Source: an uncultured Candidatus Saccharibacteria bacterium (GTDB lineage: Bacteria; Patescibacteriota; Minisyncoccia; Phycocordibacterales; DSPV01). From it: 64,000 bases of DNA. The DNA lies in assembly GCA_964617735.1 (NCBI GenBank), contig CAZTXT010000001.1, positions 331,589 through 395,588 on the forward strand, given 5' to 3'. Below are positions 1 to 11,409 of this stretch, piece by piece; the first letter of the stretch is position 1, and each line of letters begins with the position of its first letter. The notes below the pieces were generated by a model that saw only the letters and a program-made list of their open reading frames with translations, had not been told where the DNA came from and did no database searches. Both the position numbers and the translations under genes were made by a program.

Positions 1-2
1 TC

Positions 3-668
3 GTGCCGAATCTCATGCGTCTCGCGGGCGACGTGAACGGGAAGAGTGTTTTGGATATAGCCTGTGGACAAGGATTTTTCTCGGAAGTGTTCGCAAAAGT
101 GGGTGCTGCGGTTGTCGGCGTTGATCTTTCGCCGGAATTGGTGCGGCGCGCGTCTTCGCGCGCGCCGCAGGCCCGGTTCCTTGTCGGTTCCGCCGAAAGA
201 CTCCCGAACGAGGTCGCCTCAGGTTCTTTTGACCTCGCGATCTGTGTGCTCGCTCTCCAAAATATCAAAGGTCTCGATGCCTCTGTCAGTGAAGTCGCGC
301 GCTCCCTGAAGGAAAGCGGCAGGTTCCTCATCGTCCTCAATCACCCAGCCTTCCGCATACCCAAGAGCTCGTCCTGGGGCTTTGACGATGCAGCAGCAGT
401 GCAGTACCGACGGCTGGATAGGTATATGTCCGATTCTCAAATAGAGATCGAGATGAATCCGAGTAACAAAAAAGGCGAGACGACCATGTCTTTCCATCGG
501 CCGCTACAGGTATATTTCAAGTCGTTCGCCAAAAATAGTTTTTCCGTGACGCGTCTTGAGGAATGGATATCGAATAAGACGAGCCAGAGCGGGCCGCGGA
601 AGCGCGCCGAGGATACGGCGCGCAAGGAGTTCCCCCTCTTTCTTATGCTAGAGCTTCGGAAGTCTTGA
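3..668 (+). CDS. class I SAM-dependent methyltransferase (probably 5'-truncated by the window edge)
   Basis: Motif I VLDIACGQG, followed by GVDLS and FDLAICVLALQN. Confidence 0.85.
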   Translation: MPNLMRLAGDVNGKSVLDIACGQGFFSEVFAKVGAAVVGVDLSPELVRRASSRAPQARFLVGSAERLPNEVASGSFDLAICVLALQNIKGLDASVSEVARSLKESGRFLIVLNHPAFRIPKSSSWGFDDAAAVQYRRLDRYMSDSQIEIEMNPSNKKGETTMSFHRPLQVYFKSFAKNSFSVTRLEEWISNKTSQSGPRKRAEDTARKEFPLFLMLELRKS

Positions 669-765
669 AATTTCGTTAAAGATATTGCCGGAAGAGTTAT
701 GCACAGTTGAAAGCCTTTTTTGCGTCTATATAATCTTCCATTATCGAACGTAATTTTGGGGATGT

Positions 766-957
766 ATGCAGCACTTTGTGTGTACCGGAGATTGTGAAAG
801 TGAATCACCGAAGGCAGGTGTATGCGAGACGGAAGGATGCAGCAAGGAGGGCGATATGCTCGCTGAATGCAACTGCGAAGATGGATTACATGAAGGGGTC
901 GTCTCTTCATCCGATGACCTTGATATGGAAAGTATGGACGATGAAGACTCTTTCTAG
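766..957 (+). CDS. small Cys-rich acidic protein, putative metal-binding
   Basis: 63 aa with 6 Cys, 2 His and an acidic tail. TTGAAA/TATAAT-like boxes lie upstream and a terminator downstream. Confidence 0.6.
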   Translation: MQHFVCTGDCESESPKAGVCETEGCSKEGDMLAECNCEDGLHEGVVSSSDDLDMESMDDEDSF

Positions 958-964
958 GCCCAAG

Positions 965-992
965 AAAAGCCGCCCTTAGAGGCGGTCTTTTT
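965..992. terminator. bidirectional intrinsic terminator
   Basis: AAAAGCCGCC-cttaga-GGCGGTCTTTT hairpin between convergent genes. Confidence 0.65.
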
Positions 993-2142
993 ATTTGGTG
1001 TCTTTGAGCGTGAACGCGAATCGTAAGGCGTATGCCATGACAAATGCAAGCACCAGAAAAAGACTCTCGATGCCGGCGAGCGGGAGTATGATGGTCGCAA
1101 GCGCTGGGGCGATCACGTTAGCCCAGGGGCGGGTGGTGCGAAAGAGACTGATATAGCCGAGGTCGGTATCTTTGACCTGCTTGAAAAAATACGTTTCACT
1201 CATCGCTTCCACCATCGAGGCTCCGATGCGGCTGACAAAGAGCAGTATAGTCCAGAAAACGAATCCGCGTGAACTAGAAAGACCCATCAAAAGCGTAGTG
1301 AAGGAGAGTATGATGAAACCCGTCGACATGATCTCCTTTTCTCCGAGCCATCGGTCGGCGATCTTTCCGAATGGCAATTCGAAGAGCGCGAACGGCAGGA
1401 GCATCACCGCGAACATCACCCCAATGTGCTTCCAATCGAACCCGAGGTACTGATGCAGATAGATCGGCGAATAGATCACCATCCATGAATAGAAGAATTG
1501 CAAAAGGAAATTGACGATGAGCACGGTCAAGATGTTCCGGTTTTTCGCTGCGGAAGCGAGCGCGTGCAGAGGATTATTGCCGCGGTATTCGCGGTCGCGA
1601 AAACGGTCGAACTGGAAACGGATGATGATAAGCACCGGAATAAGCGCAAGGGCCGCGATCCAGAATATGTTCCGATAATTGGAACCTGAAATGAAGATCG
1701 CCAGTACCACTTGCGAGATGACCCATGCGCTGTTTATGAAAACCAGGTATGTTCCCCGAATACCCCCGGTCGAGGTCTCTTTCGAGTAACGCTCGAGGAA
1801 AATGTCGAGCGGAAGGGCCAAAAGCGAGATCGAGATGATACTGACAATTTCAGCCGTGATGATCGCGGCGCTTGTCTGCCCGCTCGCCAGGGTTACCATC
1901 GCTACGAGCTCTGCCAAAATAAAGACGAGGATCGAGAAGAAGTTGCCGAAACGGTTGAGCATTTGCGGCAGAAGCGCGATCGCCGCGATGGAGAGTGCCG
2001 AGCCGATCGAGTAGATGGCGCCGACGGCAGACTCGGGAACGAACGTCCCCAAAAATGACGAAGTTATATACGCTGGCAGAGCGACATGCACTCCGATGAG
2101 GAAACCCAAGAGGTATATCGCGGTCCGTTTCGTTTTTTGCAT
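991..2142 (-). CDS. MFS transporter
   Basis: About 12 hydrophobic segments; MFS loop motif GKIADRWLGEK. Confidence 0.85.
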   Translation of the reverse strand: MQKTKRTAIYLLGFLIGVHVALPAYITSSFLGTFVPESAVGAIYSIGSALSIAAIALLPQMLNRFGNFFSILVFILAELVAMVTLASGQTSAAIITAEIVSIISISLLALPLDIFLERYSKETSTGGIRGTYLVFINSAWVISQVVLAIFISGSNYRNIFWIAALALIPVLIIIRFQFDRFRDREYRGNNPLHALASAAKNRNILTVLIVNFLLQFFYSWMVIYSPIYLHQYLGFDWKHIGVMFAVMLLPFALFELPFGKIADRWLGEKEIMSTGFIILSFTTLLMGLSSSRGFVFWTILLFVSRIGASMVEAMSETYFFKQVKDTDLGYISLFRTTRPWANVIAPALATIILPLAGIESLFLVLAFVMAYALRFAFTLKDTK

Positions 2143-2151
2143 AGGATTTTC

Positions 2152-4035
2152 CTACGCTCCAATTATAACCGGTATTACGATTGGCCGCTTCGCCGTTTTC
2201 TGGAAGAGGAACCGGCTGACGTTGTCGGTGACGTGCTCTTTGACATACTCGAAGTCTATCGGCTTCATGCCGACCGCGATGTCTTCAATGGTCTTTTTGA
2301 TGATGAGGCGGGTTTGGCTCAACAGATCCTGTGATTCGCGCAGATATACGAAGCCGCGTGAGATGATATCCGGAGATTTCTTGAGCCTTCCCGTCTGGAT
2401 GCTGACGTTGGCGATGATGACGAACATCCCGTCTTGGGCGAGCATCTGCCGGTCTCGGATGACGACTTCCTGCACATCGCCGACTGAGAATCCGTCGACG
2501 AGTACAAGTCCTGACGGCGCTTTTTCTTTCAGCTTGATTATTTTCTCGCCTTGATCGCGTATCTCGATGATGGAGCCATTGTCCGGAATGATGATGTTCT
2601 TTTCAGGATTTCCCCGAGCCATTTCGATATCTGCATGCACGCGAAGCATATAGTGATATCCGTGTAGGGGAATGAAGAATCGTGGATTAATGCGGGAATG
2701 AATCCATGCGGTCTCGTCGCGATTGGCGTGACCGCTTGAGTGTACGTCGGCGATCTTGTAGTGGAGGATGCGCGCGCCCTGCCTTGAGAGGCTGTCCTTC
2801 AGTTTCTGCACCGCGCGCTCATTGCCCGGGACTACCGATGAGGAGAGCACGATCGTATCGCGTTTCCCGATCTTGACCTGTTTATGCGTCTTATTGGCCA
2901 TGCGCATGAGCGCGGCGAATTCGTCGCCCTGCGCACCGGTTGCGATCATCACGATCCGATCCGGCGGATAATCATCCATCGCTTCGACGCCGATGATCGT
3001 TTCTTTCTTCGCCTTGAGCATTCCGAGATGTTTGATGATCTCGATATTGGATTTCATGCTCCGACCCTCGATCACCACCTTCTTCCCGTACTTTTCCGAA
3101 AACTCGACGATCTTCATGATACGCTCGAGGAGCGACGAGAAGGTGCCGATGATGAGACGTCCGCGCGTATTTTTGATTATTTCCTCGAGATTTTTCTGCA
3201 CGACGGATTCGGGCGTTGAGAATCCGGGAACATCCGCGTTGGTGGAATCCGCCATGAGAAGGAGTACTTTTTGGTTCTTGAAGATGCCGTATTCCTTTTC
3301 TTCGCGCTCGGTCGGCACGCCATTTTCATGTTCGAGCTTGAGATCACCCGTGTGAACGATCCAGCCCTGCGGTGTCTCGATGATGACGCCCATCGAATCG
3401 GGGATGGTATGGGTCACGGAGAAAAATCGCACTTTCACACTGCCGATGGTGATAACCGAATCCTTCTCGACTACCTTAATATTGAGGGCGGGGTTGTGCG
3501 GGAATTCCTCTTGCCGTTTTTGAATCATCACGGTCGTCAAAAGACGGGAGTAGAGCGGTGGGTTTCCGATCTTCTCCATGATGTACGGAATAGCACCGGT
3601 ATGGTCGAGGTGTCCGTGCGTGACGATGAGCGCACGCACGCGGTCTCTGCGCTCCTCGAGGTAGCGTGTATTGGGGAGAATGTAGTCGATACCGGGTGTG
3701 TTCTCTTCTTTGAATTGCAATCCCGCATCGATGACGATGATATCCTGCCCGATCTCGATAGCAGTCATGTTCTTGCCGATCTCCTCAACGCCTCCCAAGG
3801 GGACGATGCGGATCACCCCGCTGCCCAGCGGCGGTATTTTATCGGCCGGAGCTCTCGGCGGGAGTTTCGGAGGAGGGGGCATACGGTGGCCGCGGCCTCC
3901 GCCGCGCGCCGGCTTTTTCGGACGCCCGAACGCAGGTTTGCGGTCGAAGTTGTTCAAGCGCGCGTGATAGGGCTTGCGGCGCTGGGGCGCGCCGCGCGTT
4001 CCGGAACCCGTTTGATTGGACTGTGACTCATTCAT
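2152..4035 (-). CDS. rnj: ribonuclease J
   Basis: PLGGVEEIGKNM, THGHLDHTG metallo-beta-lactamase motif, HSSGHA, and C-terminal RPIVIPVII. It has a basic N-terminal extension. Confidence 0.95.
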   Translation of the reverse strand: MNESQSNQTGSGTRGAPQRRKPYHARLNNFDRKPAFGRPKKPARGGGRGHRMPPPPKLPPRAPADKIPPLGSGVIRIVPLGGVEEIGKNMTAIEIGQDIIVIDAGLQFKEENTPGIDYILPNTRYLEERRDRVRALIVTHGHLDHTGAIPYIMEKIGNPPLYSRLLTTVMIQKRQEEFPHNPALNIKVVEKDSVITIGSVKVRFFSVTHTIPDSMGVIIETPQGWIVHTGDLKLEHENGVPTEREEKEYGIFKNQKVLLLMADSTNADVPGFSTPESVVQKNLEEIIKNTRGRLIIGTFSSLLERIMKIVEFSEKYGKKVVIEGRSMKSNIEIIKHLGMLKAKKETIIGVEAMDDYPPDRIVMIATGAQGDEFAALMRMANKTHKQVKIGKRDTIVLSSSVVPGNERAVQKLKDSLSRQGARILHYKIADVHSSGHANRDETAWIHSRINPRFFIPLHGYHYMLRVHADIEMARGNPEKNIIIPDNGSIIEIRDQGEKIIKLKEKAPSGLVLVDGFSVGDVQEVVIRDRQMLAQDGMFVIIANVSIQTGRLKKSPDIISRGFVYLRESQDLLSQTRLIIKKTIEDIAVGMKPIDFEYVKEHVTDNVSRFLFQKTAKRPIVIPVIIGA

Positions 4036-4046
4036 GTTCTTATAGT

Positions 4047-5822
4047 CTATTGATTAGTAGTGTCGGACACCGAGAATAATCTCCACACGCGATCGGTTTC
4101 GATGAACCATTCATTGGCATTGAGGAACCGGTCGGAGGGAATGGTAACCGCAGAGATATTCAGACCCTGTATCTCTTTGGGTACGATGTAAATAAAATCG
4201 GGCGAATAAATGAAAGCTGCCGGCATATCCTTTTGAACTTCTTGGGCGAACTCGATGTATTTGTCGATGCGATCAGCGCGTGACGGCGTCGTACGGGCGG
4301 TCTCGAGCAACTTGTCGGCTTTGATATTGGTATAGAGCGCGACGTTGAGTCCTGGATCGTTGCGCTGGGATGAATGCCAGAATGCGAAGAGATCGAGGTC
4401 TCGCCCGATGACTTCGCCGAAGAAGAGGGCATCGTATTCGCGTGGCCGAATGACGTTCTGATTGAGATCGCTCGTGTCAAAGAAGTTCAGCGTCACTTTC
4501 GCGCCGATGCTCTCCCAATTCTCCTTGATGATCTTCGCTGCGGCCTTGAGCTCCGGGGTGTTCGCCGTTGCGATGGAGAATTCGAGTCGGATGGTCTCTT
4601 TTTTTACTGTTTTCTTCAATACGCCGTCGGCAGGGTCGGGCTTCCAGCCGTTGCGCGCGAGCGAGTCGCGCGCTTCCTGCACTGCCGTGGCGAGGTCGGG
4701 TTGCGTTGAAGTGCTCACGGTATTGGCGAACAAATTCTTCGGGAGCGGATTGTCCACCGGGATGCCGTAGCCGGAGAGCACTTCGGAGACGATGCGCTTC
4801 CGGTCGACTGTTTTCGACAGTGCCGCGCGGACCTCCGGGTAGATGAATGCGTGCGCTTTATTCTGATTGAAGAATACGGCAAATATCCTCGGCAATGAGG
4901 TGCTCTCGACGCGCGCGCCGAGGTTTTTGAGGGCCAGTGCCTCATGCGAAGAGATGCTGGAGAGCGCATCGATATCTTTGCGCTCATACGCGTCGATCAG
5001 CGCGACTTCAGTCGGGTAGAATTTCAAGATGATCGAACTAATATGGGCGGTGTCCAGCGCGTAGTCTTTGAACGGGACGAGCGTGTAGGAGAGGGGAATA
5101 CCACCGCTATTGCGTTTGATACTCTTTATCTTGTACGGTCCGGTCCCGATCGGTTCAACATTGAACTGGCTGAAGGCGAACTGCTCGACGTCGACGCTTT
5201 TCCATATATGCGAGGGAAGAATCCCCATCGTGGTGTTCTCAAGGAACGGAGGATAGGGGGTTTTGAGCTTGATCTTTATGGTACGGTCGTCGACCTTCTC
5301 GACGGTGATGCCGTCCCAACTCGCACGGCGGGGGCTCTTGAGGTTCGGGTCCTGCGCTTTCTTGATGGTGAATACTACGTCATCGGCGGTTACCGGTGTT
5401 CCGTCTTGGAATACTATGCCGTCTTTGAGTACGAAGGTGTATTCAAGGCCATTATCCGAGACGTCATATTTTTTTGCGAGGTCTGGTATAAGAATTCCCG
5501 ATGAAGAGACTTTCATGAGACCGGAGTAGACAAGCGACGTCATGTCGCGATCAGCATCGGATATCGCAAGGAGTGGATTGATGAATCGGGGAATGCCGAC
5601 AAGCCCCTCGGTTAACGTACCGCCATTGGCTGGTATCTCGACGGTCAACGCCCGGTTGAGTTTGACGATAAGGGAGACTGATGTGGCAGCGAAGACGCAC
5701 GCGATCGAGAAAAAGATGATCCGCTCGGTGAGAGAAAATGCCGCAAGCACCCGCGCCGCTTTTTCCAGCACCCCGATACGGTACTGTTTTGCTATCGTTT
5801 TCTTGATTTGGCCCGAAATCAC
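4047..5822 (-). CDS. peptide ABC transporter substrate-binding protein (family 5)
   Basis: PDLAKKYDVSDNGLEYTFVLKDGIVFQDGTPVTADDVVFT and PIGTGPY motifs. Confidence 0.9.
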   Translation of the reverse strand: MISGQIKKTIAKQYRIGVLEKAARVLAAFSLTERIIFFSIACVFAATSVSLIVKLNRALTVEIPANGGTLTEGLVGIPRFINPLLAISDADRDMTSLVYSGLMKVSSSGILIPDLAKKYDVSDNGLEYTFVLKDGIVFQDGTPVTADDVVFTIKKAQDPNLKSPRRASWDGITVEKVDDRTIKIKLKTPYPPFLENTTMGILPSHIWKSVDVEQFAFSQFNVEPIGTGPYKIKSIKRNSGGIPLSYTLVPFKDYALDTAHISSIILKFYPTEVALIDAYERKDIDALSSISSHEALALKNLGARVESTSLPRIFAVFFNQNKAHAFIYPEVRAALSKTVDRKRIVSEVLSGYGIPVDNPLPKNLFANTVSTSTQPDLATAVQEARDSLARNGWKPDPADGVLKKTVKKETIRLEFSIATANTPELKAAAKIIKENWESIGAKVTLNFFDTSDLNQNVIRPREYDALFFGEVIGRDLDLFAFWHSSQRNDPGLNVALYTNIKADKLLETARTTPSRADRIDKYIEFAQEVQKDMPAAFIYSPDFIYIVPKEIQGLNISAVTIPSDRFLNANEWFIETDRVWRLFSVSDTTNQ

Positions 5823-5893
5823 AACAAAAAGATCGAAGATTGAATAAAAATCAAAAGTCAGAGATACGGATCAAGATCGTGAAGGGTCTGTCA

Positions 5894-6130
5894 CTAGCGG
5901 AGCAGCAGGGTGGCGAGCGCTACTGCGGCAAAGAGAACTCCCAGGATGATGGTCCCGATGAACAGAAAACGCTCGGCTCCGCGCCGTGCATGAAAAAACG
6001 AGCTAAAATTCGAGCTCTCGCCGAACGCTCCCCCCAATCCCGCCGATGAGCGTTGGAGGAGGATGGTGGTAATCAGAAGGGCAGAGAGTACGATTTGTAC
6101 GTATGGCAGTATTGAGACTAACGATTGCAT
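5894..6130 (-). CDS. secG: preprotein translocase subunit SecG
   Basis: Two TM helices flanking ILLQRSSAGLGGAFG...RRGAERFL. Confidence 0.9.
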   Translation of the reverse strand: MQSLVSILPYVQIVLSALLITTILLQRSSAGLGGAFGESSNFSSFFHARRGAERFLFIGTIILGVLFAAVALATLLLR

Positions 6131-6208
6131 TGGAAGTAGCATAGCAGAACAGGGGAGAAATGCAAGAGAATGAAAAGAGCCGGAAACTCCGAATAAGGAA
6201 TTTCCAGC

Positions 6209-6652
6209 TCATGATTGACGCTGGTCATGCCGAGCTTCCTCGGGCAGTTTGTCGAGTATCTTAGCGGAGATATTCTCCACACCTTCTACTAGAGCTCGTA
6301 TAAGACGGTGGGTACCGTCAACAACGTCGCCTTGATAGAGCAGAAGTGGATATCGCCTATCTGCCTGATTAATTCGGCGAATATGATCAGACCAGGTTGG
6401 ATGTTCACCTGCAACCGCTTCCCATGTTCCGAGAGTTCTGTAAGCAGAAAGGAGGTCTCGGGGAGAGAAATCTTTTTGACATGAATCTTTCCAACATTTG
6501 TTGAGTATCTGAGGCTCTAGAGTGCTTATCTTCATCTCGACGTGTTCCGTGTGAGAGGTCAGTCGTATGAGCTTATACACGTCGTAAGATTTTCCTTCTA
6601 CAGTCAGTTTATGAGCATCCTTATCAGTGCTTTCAAATGGCAGGTTCTTCAT
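6209..6652 (-). CDS. hypothetical protein with ParB/Srx-like motif
   Basis: YPLLLYQGDVVDGTHRLIRA resembles the ParB/Srx DGxHR motif. It has its own promoter. Confidence 0.55.
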   Translation of the reverse strand: MKNLPFESTDKDAHKLTVEGKSYDVYKLIRLTSHTEHVEMKISTLEPQILNKCWKDSCQKDFSPRDLLSAYRTLGTWEAVAGEHPTWSDHIRRINQADRRYPLLLYQGDVVDGTHRLIRALVEGVENISAKILDKLPEEARHDQRQS

Positions 6653-6694
6653 ACAATGTCTTTCATTTTGTTTTTGGGTGCAGACCTACCCGAT

Positions 6695-6723
6695 AATTTA
6701 GCATATAAGTGGGAGTCTGTCAA
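6695..6723 (-). promoter_or_regulatory. sigma70 promoter
   Basis: Minus strand reads TTGACA-17 nt-TAAATT, with an extended TG. Confidence 0.65.
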
Positions 6724-6818
6724 CTATTTTCAATCGTGAAGCTGACCTATAATGACCACGCCATCAATTCTTTTTATAAGGATCTGAACGGGATTGTTCA
6801 GTAATTTTCCAACTTCGT

Positions 6819-7139
6819 ATGAAGAAACATAGCGCGAAGAAAAATTCTATCAAGGTACGACCGCTCGGCGATCGGGTGCTCATCAAAGAACTTAATAAGA
6901 GCGGAGAAGGAGAAACGAAAAGCGGCATTATCATTCCCGAAACCGTCAGCGATGATAAGGGTGCCAAGAAAGGTACTGTTGTTGCTGTAGGGCCGGGCAG
7001 GATGGAAGACGGGAAGACGATCATGGTGCAGGTTTCAGTTGGGGACACAGTGCTTTTCCAGTGGGGAGATATGATCAAGATCGATGGCGAAGAGTATATG
7101 CTGGTGAGCGAGAGCAATATTATTGCCATTGTGAAATAA
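6819..7139 (+). CDS. groES: co-chaperonin GroES
   Basis: RPLGDRVLIK, TKSGIIIP and GTVVAVGPG motifs. Confidence 0.97.
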   Translation: MKKHSAKKNSIKVRPLGDRVLIKELNKSGEGETKSGIIIPETVSDDKGAKKGTVVAVGPGRMEDGKTIMVQVSVGDTVLFQWGDMIKIDGEEYMLVSESNIIAIVK

Positions 7140-7146
7140 ACATTAA

Positions 7147-8820
<1,674 letters not shown>

Positions 8821-8850
8821 TGTGAGCAGTCAATCGGACAGTTACGCCCG

Positions 8851-8890
8851 AAGCCGCCGTTATCAACACCGTATTGATAGCGGCGGTTTT
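8851..8890 (+). terminator. intrinsic terminator of groESL
   Basis: GCCGCCGTTATCAA...TTGATAGCGGCGGTTTT hairpin. Confidence 0.7.
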
Positions 8891-8913
8891 GCTTTTTTCT
8901 TATAATCGAGGGT

Positions 8914-9141
8914 ATGCAAGAACCTAAAAAATCGATGACTGAAGAGGAGTGGTTGGTGTCAAAGCATCCGTCCTTCATCCTGCTTGCGCCGCGCCCGCCG
9001 ATTGTCGCAGCGATGCTCATCATCCTTGCATTGGTAAGTTTCTTGGGCGTTTACGTGGCCTATGTAAAGTATGAACAACTGAAACGGGAGATCAACACTA
9101 AATCACCGCTCGACTCGCACCGCACTCTTTCTCCTCGTTAG
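8914..9141 (+). CDS. small membrane protein
   Basis: Single TM segment; TATAAT lies 7 nt upstream of the ATG. Confidence 0.55.
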   Translation: MQEPKKSMTEEEWLVSKHPSFILLAPRPPIVAAMLIILALVSFLGVYVAYVKYEQLKREINTKSPLDSHRTLSPR

Positions 9142-9233
9142 TCCACCCACTTGCCTAACGGCACTTCACCTGTGCTTTCCGCAATCCACAGCTCTCGGTT
9201 GTGAATTATCGCTCTAAGCGTAAAATAATAGGT

Positions 9234-9347
9234 ATGAAAAACGATCGATATGGGATGAAAAGCGCACAGTTCATTTTGCTGGCCGTTGGGGTCATCATCG
9301 TGGTGTTCGTACTTTCGTACGGGGTCATCACCGGAAAGGCCTTTTAA
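9234..9347 (+). CDS. 37-aa single-TM small protein (not in ORF track)
   Basis: Reads MKNDRYGMKSAQFILLAVGVIIVVFVLSYGVITGKAF*; TAAAAT lies just upstream of the ATG. Confidence 0.45.
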   Translation: MKNDRYGMKSAQFILLAVGVIIVVFVLSYGVITGKAF

Positions 9348-9424
9348 AGCGCGATTGAGGGCTTTTCTTTGCAACGCATTGTGCTACAATGCGTTTGTCT
9401 AGCGCAATCCATAATCATAGAATC

Positions 9425-9985
9425 ATGACTCTCTTCTCTATTCTTTTAGTCATCGTCGTTTTGGTGTTCGCATGGATCGTATTCGCCTACAACCGCTTCG
9501 TTTCTCTCATCAATCGTTCTAAAGAGGCATGGGCGGATATTGATGTACAGCTTAAGCGTCGCTACGATCTCATTCCCAACCTCGTGAACTCCGTGAAAGG
9601 CTATGCAGCGCACGAGAAATCGGCGTTCGAGAATGTTACGAAAGCGCGCGCGAGTGCAATGGGAGCCCAGAGCCTTGCCGATAAGAATCAAGCGGAGAAC
9701 GTGCTCTCGGGAGCGCTTAAATCTTTGTTCGCGGTGGCTGAAGCGTATCCGGAACTGAAAGCGAATCAGAACTTTTTACAGTTACAAAGCGATCTGACCG
9801 ACACGGAGGACAAAATACAGTCAGCCCGCCGTTTCTACAATGGCAATGTTCGCGACCTCAACACCGCGATCGAATCGTTCCCCGGCAATCTCATTGCCTC
9901 TATGTTCCACTTCGAGAAGATGGAACTCTTTGAGCTTAGCGGTGCTGATACCGCTGCGAAAGAGCCAGTTCACGTGAGCTTCTAG
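9425..9985 (+). CDS. lemA: LemA family protein
   Basis: AWADIDVQLKRRYDLIPNLV and AEAYPELKANQNF motifs. Confidence 0.95.
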   Translation: MTLFSILLVIVVLVFAWIVFAYNRFVSLINRSKEAWADIDVQLKRRYDLIPNLVNSVKGYAAHEKSAFENVTKARASAMGAQSLADKNQAENVLSGALKSLFAVAEAYPELKANQNFLQLQSDLTDTEDKIQSARRFYNGNVRDLNTAIESFPGNLIASMFHFEKMELFELSGADTAAKEPVHVSF

Positions 9986-10050
9986 CGGCAGAGGAGCCCG
10001 TTTGGCCTGCTGTTATTGTGTTTGCCGTCTCATTCCTATAAGCTATCCTC

Positions 10051-10956
10051 GTGTCTACGCTTTATACCGAGCAATCAAAGAATGTACGCAGGACATGGTT
10101 TCTCATGTCCTTGTTTTTGGCGATAATCATTTGTATCGGCTGGTTCATCAGCTATTACTATCAGAGCCCTGCGATCCTCTATGTCGCGGTAATCTTTTCG
10201 GTAGTGATGAATATCGCCAGTTTCTGGTTTTCGGACAAGATAACCCTCTCGCTCTCCCATGCGATCCCCGCTGACCCTAAGCAGTACCCGGAACTTTTTC
10301 ACATCGTCGAGAATCTTTCCATCACTGCGGGACTTCCTGAACCGCACCTCTATGTCATAAACGATCCTGCCCCCAATGCGTTCGCGACGGGGAGGGATAA
10401 AGAACACGCCGCAATCGCGGTGACGACTGGTCTTCTGCAGATGCTCGACCGCAATGAGCTTGAAGGCGTCATCGCGCACGAACTCTCGCATATCGGCAAC
10501 CGCGACACGCTGCTGCAGACGGTCGTGGTCGTCTTGGTCGGGTTCATCGCGATTTTGGCGCATATCTTCACCCGTTCATCGTTCGGGTTCGGCGGGCGCC
10601 GGCGCGAAGGAGGGAAAGGCGCTGGTATCTTAGTGCTCATCGGCCTTATCTTCGTGATTCTTTCGCCCATCATTGCGCAGTTGATCCAACTTGCTATTTC
10701 GCGGAAACGTGAATTTCTCGCCGATGCCGATGGCGCGCTGTTGACGCGGTTCCCCGAAGGTCTCGCGCGTGCGCTCAAAAAGATCTCCGCCTACGATCAG
10801 CCGATGCAGTATGCCAACCACGCGACCGCGCACCTCTATATATCCAACCCGTTCGGTCCGCATGAGGAGCAGGGGTTTATCACCAAACTGTTTATGACCC
10901 ATCCCCCGATACCGGAGCGGATCAAAGCGCTGTTAGGCAATCAGGCTGTTGTGTAG
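10051..10956 (+). CDS. htpX: M48 zinc metalloprotease HtpX
   Basis: PNAFATG, HELSH, SRKREFLAD and THPP motifs; follows lemA. Confidence 0.93.
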   Translation: MSTLYTEQSKNVRRTWFLMSLFLAIIICIGWFISYYYQSPAILYVAVIFSVVMNIASFWFSDKITLSLSHAIPADPKQYPELFHIVENLSITAGLPEPHLYVINDPAPNAFATGRDKEHAAIAVTTGLLQMLDRNELEGVIAHELSHIGNRDTLLQTVVVVLVGFIAILAHIFTRSSFGFGGRRREGGKGAGILVLIGLIFVILSPIIAQLIQLAISRKREFLADADGALLTRFPEGLARALKKISAYDQPMQYANHATAHLYISNPFGPHEEQGFITKLFMTHPPIPERIKALLGNQAVV

Positions 10957-11016
10957 TTGAAAGTTGTGGCATTACAGTTTAGAGTGTGAGCGATCACCGC
11001 TGGTCGCAGAAAGACT

Positions 11017-11101
11017 GGAGGAGTCGCATAGTGGCCTAGTGCGCTCGCTTGGAAAGCGAGTAGGGGGAAACCCCTCGAGAGTTCGAATCTCTCCTCCTCC
11101 G
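11017..11101 (+). tRNA. tRNA-Ser(GGA)
   Basis: GGAGGAG acceptor, anticodon loop TTGGAAA, long variable arm, T-loop TTCGAAT. CCA is not encoded. Confidence 0.95.
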
Positions 11102-11154
11102 ATGCGATTTTGAGAATACCTTTTGGTATTCGTAATCGCATTTCGTGTGAATGC

Positions 11155-11308
11155 GAGATTCGAAAGCCGCAGCGCACGGAGCGAGTGGAGCGAGCGAAGT
11201 CCGACCGAAGGTCGGGCGCGAGGCGGGGTCGAGAGTACTTGGATTTTTGGAGTCCGCAGGACGAACAAAAAGCTTAGTAACTCGTGACCGAATCTCTCCT
11301 CCTCCGCC
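11155..11308 (+). repeat. tRNA-3'-end-associated structured element (Ser copy 1)
   Basis: GAGATTCGAA (reverse complement of tRNA TTCGAATCTC)-AGCCGCAGCG...GCGCGAGGCGGGGTCG...GTGACC-GAATCTCTCCTCCTCCG. Confidence 0.8.
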
Positions 11309-11409
11309 TGAAGAAGAAAGTATCGGAGGTATGCGAAGGCATACCCCGGTGATGCGCTGCGGAGGGCTAAGTTGGCTTCGCTCGTAGGTTAGGAGTAATG
11401 TGAAAGTCT

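Noticed and set aside
6698-6723. CIRCE operator upstream of groES (TTAGCA...)
   Set aside because: It does not fit TTAGCACTC-N9-GAGTGCTAA and is better explained as the divergent minus-strand promoter.
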